Shown in pieces: positions 26,304 through 34,894 of a stretch of 34,894 bases of DNA (positions within the stretch are counted from its first letter, which is position 1; every line of letters begins with the position of its first letter). Under the pieces are notes generated by a model, which was not told the origin of the DNA, ran no database searches, and saw only the letters and a program-made list of their open reading frames with translations. The translations under genes and the position numbers were made by a program. Source of the DNA: Nitrospirota bacterium (GTDB lineage Bacteria; JACPQY01). Location: NCBI GenBank assembly GCA_016180645.1, contig JACPAV010000035.1:1-34894 (forward strand), given 5' to 3'.

Positions 26304-26498
26304 TAAATAGCCCCGGCGCGGGATTTGATCGGGACGCGGGTTTCAGTTGACAGGAACGTTTCGCGGGCGTACATGGTAGGTCCGTGACGCGCCCCGCAGG
26401 TAACACGGAAAGTTCAGCGGGGCAGGAGTCGCTCGTTTCCATTCCAAACATTCCCGGTTTTCAACGGTTCCAGTGTGCAAGGCATGAATAGGGGCGGC

Positions 26499-27212
26499 GT
26501 GGACGTCGTCGGGGTGATTCCCGCGCGGTATTCATCCAAGCGGCTCCCCGGCAAACCCCTCCGGAAAATTCTGGGACGCCCCCTCATTGAATTCGTTTAC
26601 CGGAACGCCAAGGGGGTCGCGCGTTTCAAACAGCTCATCATCGCCACGGACAACGACGAAATCGCCAAAGTGGCCAAGGCGTTCGGCGCCGATGTGATGA
26701 TGACCTCCCCCGATCATCAGAGCGGAACGGACCGCGTGGCCGAGGTCGCCCAGAAGGTGAAGGCCGATCTTTACGTCAACATTCAAGGGGATGAGCCGCT
26801 GCTCACCGCCGAATCCATCGACACGGTGATCGACGCCCTGCTCGATGAAGCTCTCGCGCCCATGGCCACGATCAAGGTCTCGATGAACGGCCTGCAAAAG
26901 GCCCAGAACCCGAACGTCGTGAAAGTCGTGGTGGACGAACACGACTACGCGCTGTATTTTTCACGATCGACGATCCCTTTTCAGGGAAAGGTTTTCAAAC
27001 ATATCGGACTGTACGGCTACCATCGGGAGTTTCTGCTGAACTTCACGTCGTGGGCGCCGACGCCGCTCGAACAGGCGGAACGGCTTGAGCAGCTCCGCGC
27101 CCTCGAAAAAGGGCACCGGATCAAGGTCCCCACGGTGAAGCAGGACTCGGTGAGCGTCGATACGTTCGAAGACCTGATTTTCGTCGAAAAAATCGTCCGC
27201 GATTTGACTTGA
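26499..27212 (+). CDS. kdsB: 3-deoxy-manno-octulosonate cytidylyltransferase (CMP-Kdo synthetase)
   Basis: VIPARYSSKRLPGKPL; HQSGTDR; VNIQGDEP; ALYFSR; HIGLYGY; LEQLRAL; start may be 26484 or 26475. Confidence 0.96.
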   Translation: MDVVGVIPARYSSKRLPGKPLRKILGRPLIEFVYRNAKGVARFKQLIIATDNDEIAKVAKAFGADVMMTSPDHQSGTDRVAEVAQKVKADLYVNIQGDEPLLTAESIDTVIDALLDEALAPMATIKVSMNGLQKAQNPNVVKVVVDEHDYALYFSRSTIPFQGKVFKHIGLYGYHREFLLNFTSWAPTPLEQAERLEQLRALEKGHRIKVPTVKQDSVSVDTFEDLIFVEKIVRDLT

Positions 27213-27248
27213 GCGCCCGGCTCGCACGGAGTAGAATGATGCACTTGA

Positions 27249-28928
<1,680 letters not shown>

Positions 28929-28951
28929 ATTGCTCGCCTTCCTGGCTCGCG

Positions 28952-29047
28952 TACATCCGGACATCTGCGGACATCTGGCAGACATCTGGGGACAGTATAC
29001 TAATTTCGGAAAAGTTGATCCTGAAGAATTAGTATACTGTCCCCAGA
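28952..29047. repeat. Perfect 21-bp inverted repeat preceded by short GACATCTG-type tandem units
   Basis: TCTGGGGACAGTATACTAATT (28985-29005), 21-nt spacer, AATTAGTATACTGTCCCCAGA (29027-29047); upstream ACATCCGG ACATCTGCGG ACATCTGGCAG ACATCTGGGG. Confidence 0.8.
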
Positions 29048-29271
29048 GTTTCCCCGCACGATGAGGGGCTTGTTCACGAAGTCGTAGAAGGATTGCATAG
29101 CCGCTGCGGCTGTGAAAGTCTGTATCCGGTGTGGAGCATTACTATGCCCCCCTTCCATGAGTCGCTTTTACCATGAATGCCGTTGGGCTGCGACGGCGGG
29201 TTCCACTGGAGTTTACCGATTCTCCCTCGTGCCCAACGGGGCGTGAGCATTCGGTCTGCGACCGTCTCATT

Positions 29272-29310
29272 GAGGCTAAACCTCGACAGCGGCTATCGAG
29301 GTCTAGCCTC
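29272..29310. other. Stem-loop downstream of the four-helix-bundle gene
   Basis: GAGGCTAAACCTCGA / TCGAGGTCTAGCCTC, 14/15 complementary; no U-tract. Confidence 0.5.
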
Positions 29311-29331
29311 CGGACCGGAGTGGTTGGGTTT

Positions 29332-30087
29332 TCAAATTCTGGAGACGCCTTTGCATTCGGGATAGGCCGAACAGCCCCAGAATTGACCGCCTTGGTTCTT
29401 CCCGGTCTTGGCGGTGCGCAGAACCGTCGGTTTTCCGCATTGGGGGCAGGGCGGGATGTGATCGGTCGGATCAGACCGATCGGACGGATCACCTTTCTTC
29501 CTTTCGCGTTCCGCGAGGCGGGCTGCGGCAAGCAGTTCGCTGTAACCGCCTCCCTCGACAAACCGCTTTTCAAGCGCGGCGATCTCCCGGTCAAGCAGAA
29601 AGTTGGCCTGGTGAATCAGGCAGATGACCGCATTTGCGCGCACGGCAGGGTCATCATGCTCCAACCAACGCCCGTAGAGAGACCGGCGCTCTGGGTCGGT
29701 CAGATCTGTCAGATCGGACTGATCTGACCGACCACGTTTGAAAGTCTGCGGTACTTGGCGAACGGCGAGGGCCTCGGGGCCATCCGGCGTCCACTGCTGC
29801 AATCGGCGGTGACGCAGGAAGTCTTCGTAATCCAGAAGCAGTTCCTCCAGACTGGCGCGCGCAACGTTGAGCAGGCGCAATTCTGTTTGCGAGGAGGTGG
29901 CGGCGGCGCGGCTTCCCTCGGCGATGTTCTGGCGTCCGGAGCGGGCGGCCTGGACCATCTGATCCACCGTGCGGGAACGGTGGTCAAGGACTTTCTCGCA
30001 AAACCAGTAGGTCGCGTCGTAAATGAGGGTGGCCGTTTGGAAACTGCACGTCGAGCGATATCCGCCGCTGGGTCTCAGTTTTCCCAT
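29332..30087 (-). CDS. Four-helix-bundle (23S rRNA IVS protein-like) suffix-domain protein with a C-terminal topoisomerase-type C4 zinc finger
   Basis: RTVDQMVQAARSGRQNIAEGS; ARASLEELLLDYEDFLR; ANFLLDREI...FVEGGGYSE; CPQCG...FWGCSAYPEC. Confidence 0.88.
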   Translation of the reverse strand: MGKLRPSGGYRSTCSFQTATLIYDATYWFCEKVLDHRSRTVDQMVQAARSGRQNIAEGSRAAATSSQTELRLLNVARASLEELLLDYEDFLRHRRLQQWTPDGPEALAVRQVPQTFKRGRSDQSDLTDLTDPERRSLYGRWLEHDDPAVRANAVICLIHQANFLLDREIAALEKRFVEGGGYSELLAAARLAERERKKGDPSDRSDPTDHIPPCPQCGKPTVLRTAKTGKNQGGQFWGCSAYPECKGVSRI

Positions 30088-30195
30088 GATTCCCCCGTTC
30101 TCAAGGTTCTGTCTACCACGGATCGGATCCCCTTGGAAATTGTAGCGCGGGATTTGCTTGTAGAGGCGCGTTCGCCGTGCGCATAATGCCCCCTC

Positions 30196-31056
30196 ATGGT
30201 TTCACCCACGCGGGCACGGCTCGGGCACAAGGCCTTCGAGTTCTTCAAGGAACTGGTCTACGAGGAGACCGGCATCTCGCTGGGGCCGGAGAAACGATAC
30301 CTGCTGGAAGCGCGACTCCAGAAGCGCCTGAGCGAATTCGAGTTTGATCAGTTCGATTCGTACATCCAGTGGCTGAAGTCCCGCGAGCATTCGCGGGATG
30401 AAATCGACCTCCTGATTGAAACCGTCACGGTGGGGGAAACAAGTTTCTTCCGGCACGCCGCGCATTTTCGCATCCTCAAGGAGATCGTGTTTCCAGCGTT
30501 GGCCGCGGGGCTGCCTCGAAAGGACAACACGCTCAGGCTGTGGAGCGCCGGGTGCAGCACGGGAGAGGAGGCCTACAGTCTGGCGATGGCGTTCTTCGAA
30601 ACGGGTCTGCCCTCACGCGGCTGGAGAATCAAAGTGTTCGCAACGGACATTTCTCGCAATTCCATTCGTCACGCCCAAGGGGGAGTGTACAAACTGTCCT
30701 CCTTCAAGAACACGCCCGACGTGTACACCCAAAAGTACTTCAGCCGAAAGGATGACCAGTTCATTCTTCGGCCGGACATCCGGACGGCGGTGACCTTCAG
30801 CCGGATGAATCTCCTCGAAGTCCGGAAGGTACGGCTCCTCCCCTCGATGGACGTTGTGTTCTGCCGCAACGTTCTCATGTATTTCGACGCGAAGTCCCGG
30901 AAGTCTGGAATGGACCTCATCATGGACCGTCTCCGGCCCGGCGGCTACCTCTTCCTCGGCCACCAGGAGACGCTTCATTCCAAACATCCGCAGATCCGTT
31001 CGGAGGATATCGGCAGCGTCTTGGTCTATCGGAGGCTTGTGGACGGCCATGACTGA
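30196..31056 (+). CDS. cheR: CheR-family protein-glutamate O-methyltransferase
   Basis: TVGETSFFR; LWSAGCSTGEEAYSLAM; ATDIS; DVVFCRNVLMYFD; GGYLFLGHQE. Confidence 0.93.
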   Translation: MVSPTRARLGHKAFEFFKELVYEETGISLGPEKRYLLEARLQKRLSEFEFDQFDSYIQWLKSREHSRDEIDLLIETVTVGETSFFRHAAHFRILKEIVFPALAAGLPRKDNTLRLWSAGCSTGEEAYSLAMAFFETGLPSRGWRIKVFATDISRNSIRHAQGGVYKLSSFKNTPDVYTQKYFSRKDDQFILRPDIRTAVTFSRMNLLEVRKVRLLPSMDVVFCRNVLMYFDAKSRKSGMDLIMDRLRPGGYLFLGHQETLHSKHPQIRSEDIGSVLVYRRLVDGHD

Positions 31057-31777
31057 ACGAATCACGACCACCCTGCGTTCCCTTCTCGTGTTCGCCTTCA
31101 TCTACATCATCACGATCTACTTCTCATCACTCTACGTAATCTTGTCTCTGTTCGACCGGCGGGGCCGCATCGTCGATTGGGTGCACCGAAGCTGGTCCCG
31201 CCTGGCCCTGGGCGCTTCGAGAGTGCGAGTGCGGATGGACGGGCACGAACAATTGCGCGCGGGCCGGAGCTACATCATCATCGCCAATCATCAGGGATTC
31301 TTCGACATCTGGTCGCTGCTGTCGGAGTTTCCGCTCCCCGTACGCATGGTGTTCAAGAAGGAATTGCTCCTCATCCCCATCTTCGGCACGGCCCTCAAAC
31401 GCGGCGGTCACATTTGCGTCGATCGCTCGAATCGATCCCAGGCCGTGGAACAGCTCAAACGGGGGAGGGACAAGGTGATGAGTGTCGGGGCTTCGCTTCT
31501 GTTCTTTGCGGAAGGGACTCGAAGCAAAGACGGCTTGATCGGTCCCTTCAAAAAGGGCGGGATCATCACGGCGATGGATATGGGACTGCCGATCCTTCCG
31601 ATTGCGATCCGGGGGAGCTACGAGATTCTCCAGAAGAAGAGCATGGTCATCCGGCCCGGAGTGGTTCGCATCCGAGTGCTCCCGGAAATCCCCATCGAAG
31701 GATGGACGCATGATCGGAAGGACGAATTGACCGCCTTGGTGCGCGAGCGTATCGTCACCGCATTCGAGAAACTGTGA
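31049..31777 (+). CDS. plsC: 1-acyl-sn-glycerol-3-phosphate acyltransferase (lysophospholipid acyltransferase family)
   Basis: NHQGFFD (HX4D); FAEGTRS; PFKKG; ATG at 31049 overlaps the cheR stop. Confidence 0.9.
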   Translation: MTERITTTLRSLLVFAFIYIITIYFSSLYVILSLFDRRGRIVDWVHRSWSRLALGASRVRVRMDGHEQLRAGRSYIIIANHQGFFDIWSLLSEFPLPVRMVFKKELLLIPIFGTALKRGGHICVDRSNRSQAVEQLKRGRDKVMSVGASLLFFAEGTRSKDGLIGPFKKGGIITAMDMGLPILPIAIRGSYEILQKKSMVIRPGVVRIRVLPEIPIEGWTHDRKDELTALVRERIVTAFEKL

Positions 31778-31778
31778 A

Positions 31779-33506
31779 ATGAAGATGGGCAACGGGGCAC
31801 TAATCGACGAAATGGCCGAATGGGTGGCCGGAGTTCGGTATGCCGACATTCCGCCGCGCGTGTGCGAGCGGATCAAAGTGCAATCGATCGGCATGTTGGG
31901 GGCGGCGTTTGGAGGTCTGAAATCCGAAGGCGGCCGCGCGGCGCTCAGCGCGGTGAGAAAGCGGACCGCGGAGGGGGCGGCGCAAGCTCCCGATGGAGAT
32001 TCCGATCGCCGTCCCCGGAGCCGAGCGGAGGGGGCGGCGACGATCTTTCCGACGGGGGAGAAGGGTCCACCGCACGAAGCCTTGTTCGCCAATACTGCGT
32101 TATCGATGACGTTCGACTACGATGACTACCTGTATATGGGTCACACGGGGCATTCGGCCATCTTCTCGCCGTGGGCCGTGTGCGAAGGTCTGGGCCGGAG
32201 CGGCGAAGATTTTCTCCTCGCGGCGGCGGTGGCAAACGAGGTCGAAGGGCGAATTGGAGCAACGGTCCTACTCGGGCCTCACAATGGGCAGCTTTGGTCG
32301 TTCATCCACGCCGTCGGCACCGCCTGCGCCGCGGCGAAGCTGATGGGTTTGAACGCGGCGCAGATTCGGAATGCCATCGGGATCAGCCTCTATCTGCCTC
32401 CCTTCACGATGATGCCGGGCTTCATGGGACCGTCGAGCAAGGTCACCACGGCCGCTTTCCCATCGGTGAACGGCCTGCGGGCGGCGGAACTGGCTGCCGA
32501 AGGGTTGACCGGAGCGGGACGGCTGCTGGAAGATCGGCAGGGTTTCCTGCGGCACTTCTCGTTTATTCCCCTGCCGCGGATGCTCAGCGGGTGGGGTAAG
32601 ACGTGGGTGACCGATTCTCTGAGCTTCAAGGCGTATCCGGGATGCGCCTACGTGAGCTCCATCGCGGAAGCCCTTCGGGCCTCACTCCGGGAGCTCGGGA
32701 TGGAAAGCGGCCTCAAGGATCCGGCCGAGATGGATTCGCTGCGGATTCGCGTCACATTGCTGACGCTCGGGATGGACGGGCTTTCCGCGCCGTACCTGGA
32801 AACGCCGCCGTCTTCGATCCACGTCAACTTCTCGGCCGCCTTGAGTGCCGCCGTCACGCTCCTGAACGGCGATCTGCGGCCGGACCATCTTTCGGAAAAG
32901 AAATTGAAGTCCGATTGGCCGGTCCTGTCGTCCTTTGTCGAGAAGACGCGTGTGGAGCATGATTGGGAAATGACGGTGGAACTGGTCCGTGGGATCGCGC
33001 AGGGCGTCAACCTCGCGCCACTCTTTACGCGCATCCCTGTGAGGGAATGGATTTCCCTCCGTAAGAAGGCGCGGGAACAGCATCACGTTTCGCTCCGCGG
33101 CGTCCGTCCGAAACACATCTGGCGGATCATCAAGACGGCGCGAGGCCGGCATGAGGGCTCGTTCCGCCGCCCCCGAAGCGAAGCGGAGGGGACGGCGCGA
33201 GGCAACGGGGTTGGCGGCCGATTCGATCTGGCGAATGCGAAATTCGAGGACCTCCGGATGAACTTTGCGAGTGAGGTGGAAATCCGGCTCAAGGGCGGCC
33301 GAAGCGCGCGGGCGAGGGTGGACCTTCCCCCGGGATCGTCGGGACGTCCGTGGCAGGAGAGCGTGGACTTGATGGCCGCCAAGCTGGACCGTGAAGCGGC
33401 GGGTTGTCTCTCGGCGGAAAAAATCGCCGCGATCCGCGAAGCGGTCATGGGCATCGAGAAGTGCCGCGATCTCCGCGCTCTTTCGCCCCTCTTCAAGGGG
33501 AATTGA
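31779..33506 (+). CDS. MmgE/PrpD-family protein carrying two 19-aa repeat-derived insertions
   Basis: YADIPP; FDYDDY...GHTGH; SFKAYPGCAY; long for the family at 575 aa. Confidence 0.85.
   Translation: MKMGNGALIDEMAEWVAGVRYADIPPRVCERIKVQSIGMLGAAFGGLKSEGGRAALSAVRKRTAEGAAQAPDGDSDRRPRSRAEGAATIFPTGEKGPPHEALFANTALSMTFDYDDYLYMGHTGHSAIFSPWAVCEGLGRSGEDFLLAAAVANEVEGRIGATVLLGPHNGQLWSFIHAVGTACAAAKLMGLNAAQIRNAIGISLYLPPFTMMPGFMGPSSKVTTAAFPSVNGLRAAELAAEGLTGAGRLLEDRQGFLRHFSFIPLPRMLSGWGKTWVTDSLSFKAYPGCAYVSSIAEALRASLRELGMESGLKDPAEMDSLRIRVTLLTLGMDGLSAPYLETPPSSIHVNFSAALSAAVTLLNGDLRPDHLSEKKLKSDWPVLSSFVEKTRVEHDWEMTVELVRGIAQGVNLAPLFTRIPVREWISLRKKAREQHHVSLRGVRPKHIWRIIKTARGRHEGSFRRPRSEAEGTARGNGVGGRFDLANAKFEDLRMNFASEVEIRLKGGRSARARVDLPPGSSGRPWQESVDLMAAKLDREAAGCLSAEKIAAIREAVMGIEKCRDLRALSPLFKGN
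31983..32039 (+). mobile_element. 57-bp palindromic element, copy D (in frame inside the MmgE/PrpD gene)
   Basis: Direct repeat GCGGAGGGGGCGGCG at 31968 and 32025, exactly 57 bp apart; encodes QAPDGDSDRRPRSRAEGAA. Confidence 0.8.
33141..33197 (+). mobile_element. 57-bp palindromic element, copy E (in frame inside the MmgE/PrpD gene)
   Basis: Direct repeat GACGGCGCGAGGC at 33134 and 33191, exactly 57 bp apart; encodes RGRHEGSFRRPRSEAEGTA. Confidence 0.8.
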
Positions 33507-33510
33507 AATC

Positions 33511-34743
33511 TTGAGCAAGCTGGTCTGGGCGGCCGTGGTGGCCTTCATGGCCGTGTTCTACGTCTACTCGTACCAATCGGTCGCGAGGGAAACGACGTTG
33601 GTGAAACCGCAGGTGAGCCGCCATTTCGAGTCCCACCTCATCGAACGCGCACGTTTCTATCGCAAGCAGAGCTTGACGATCGCCTGGATGCGCGAGGCGG
33701 TGGAGATGGTTCTTTTGATGCTCCTCATTTGGCCGAGGGTGAATGGGTGGCTCTCGGGGGAAATCGGCAGACTGGGTGGGGGACGGCCGTGGACCGAGAG
33801 CCTTATGGGCATCGTGTTTCTCTTTGTGCTGCTCCAAACCGTTGCTTTTCCCTTTGCCTTGTTCCGCGGCTACCTCATGGAGCATGCCTACGGATTTTCG
33901 CGCCAAACGTTCAGTGAATGGTTCGGGGATCATGCGAAGATGTGGGCCATTCAATTCACAATCACCGTTCCCGTCGGCATGGCCGCCCTCGCCCTGATGC
34001 GTCACGCCCCCGTCACGTGGTGGGTGTGGATGGGCGGTGTATTCTCCGTCTTGCTTGCCGGGATGGTGTTTCTGGCTCCGCTCGTGATCGATCCCCTCTT
34101 TTTCAGGTTCAAGAGGCTTGAAGACACGGCGTGGGAAGCGCGCATGATCGGCATGGCGAAGGAGGCCGGTCTGGAGGTGGATCAAGTCCGCATTGCCGAT
34201 GCGAGCCGCCGTTCGACGAAGAAGAATGCCTACTTCACGGGACTGGGTGGTACGAAGCGGATCGTTCTGTTCGATACGCTTGTGGATGGATCGACGAAGG
34301 CCGAAGTGGAAAGCGTTCTCGCGCACGAATTGGGGCATTGGAAACGAAAACATACACTTGTCGGTGTGCTGCTGGGCGTCGCCGGTTCGTTTCTTGTCGC
34401 GTTCCTGATCCACTCGCTCTATCCACCGCTGGCGGGATGGATTTGGGACGGCGGGGGAAAACTTGGGACGGCCGCCGGCATACCCCTTCTGGTCTTGATC
34501 CTGTCACTCATGGATCAGTTCGGAATGCCGCTGGAGAACATGCTGTCGCGGACGATGGAATCGCAGGCGGACCGTTTTTCGCTCCAGGTGACGCGGGATC
34601 CGAACGTGTTCGTGGATGCCGAGGTGGACCTTGTTCGATCGAATCTGTCGGATCCGCTGCCATCCCCGTGGATCGAGTGGCTTTACTACACCCATCCCGC
34701 GCCGATGAAACGCATTGCGCGGGCGCAAGGGCAAAATCCGTAG
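33511..34743 (+). CDS. M48 (Ste24/HtpX-like) membrane zinc metallopeptidase
   Basis: Multiple TM segments; DASRRSTKKNAYFTGLGGTKRIVLFDTL; HELGH (HExxH); ESQAD; YTHP; TTG start inferred just after the upstream stop. Confidence 0.92.
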   Translation: MSKLVWAAVVAFMAVFYVYSYQSVARETTLVKPQVSRHFESHLIERARFYRKQSLTIAWMREAVEMVLLMLLIWPRVNGWLSGEIGRLGGGRPWTESLMGIVFLFVLLQTVAFPFALFRGYLMEHAYGFSRQTFSEWFGDHAKMWAIQFTITVPVGMAALALMRHAPVTWWVWMGGVFSVLLAGMVFLAPLVIDPLFFRFKRLEDTAWEARMIGMAKEAGLEVDQVRIADASRRSTKKNAYFTGLGGTKRIVLFDTLVDGSTKAEVESVLAHELGHWKRKHTLVGVLLGVAGSFLVAFLIHSLYPPLAGWIWDGGGKLGTAAGIPLLVLILSLMDQFGMPLENMLSRTMESQADRFSLQVTRDPNVFVDAEVDLVRSNLSDPLPSPWIEWLYYTHPAPMKRIARAQGQNP

Positions 34744-34802
34744 TCAGCCTTTAGAGCCTATCCCAAAACCCGACAGAACCGGAGCGGGATTCGCGGAGCT
34801 TA

Positions 34803-34889
34803 GAGCCTCTGAGAGAATGCCGGTTCGTAGGGGAGCATCTTCAGATGCTCCCTCTTGTCGGGAGGGTCTGAAGACCCTCCCCTACGCAT
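34803..34889. mobile_element. MITE-like element carrying a GTAG-REP doublet (copy 3, right TIR not seen)
   Basis: TTA|GAGCCTCTGAGAGAATGCCGGTTCGTAGGGGAGCATCTTCAGATGCTCCC...GACCCTCCCCTACGCAT, nearly identical to copy 2; a related end TTA|GAGCCTATCCCAAAAC lies at 34754. Confidence 0.7.
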
Positions 34890-34894
34890 AAGGA

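Noticed and set aside
29231-29329. Integron attC site (GCCCAAC...GTTGGGT around a hairpin)
   Set aside because: The R boxes fit, but L-box spacing and complementarity do not (14 nt rather than about 5 on one side). There is no integrase or cassette array. An IntegronFinder/covariance-model scan would settle it.
29332-30087. Diversity-generating retroelement (Avd-like four-helix bundle)
   Set aside because: No reverse transcriptase and no template/variable repeat pair differing at adenines are present in the window.

Overview
GC-rich chromosomal window from a diderm (LPS-making, kdsB-positive) bacterium. No rRNA, tRNA, CRISPR array, transposase or integrase is visible. From left to right it holds: a partial lipoprotein gene behind a near-consensus CRP/FNR box; a redox-sensing cluster (hybrid kinase with a NarX/PilJ-type periplasmic domain and a FixL-type PAS, OmpR-family regulator, divergent FNR-like regulator, tandem USP); SGNH hydrolase and GT-C-like membrane protein genes; a 1762-aa HEAT plus ~120-aa glycine-zipper repeat protein and a small partner; a lipid cluster (two acyl-CoA dehydrogenases, Zn-dependent phospholipase C-like protein, mlaF-mlaD-mlaE-mlaE); an AAA+/VWA pair; a rhomboid; two orphan hicB-like genes; kdsB-pyrG; a four-helix-bundle protein; and cheR-plsC-MmgE/PrpD-M48. 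The most unusual signal is a 57-bp hairpin element in five copies. It always follows CG(G/A)CG, and three copies sit in frame inside genes (twice in the MmgE/PrpD gene, once in mlaF), each adding the same 19-aa RRPxSxAE peptide. Other notable signals are the giant repeat protein, a TIR-bounded MITE carrying GTAG-REP doublets, and several apparently leaderless genes. All calls come from reading motifs by eye; no database searches were run.
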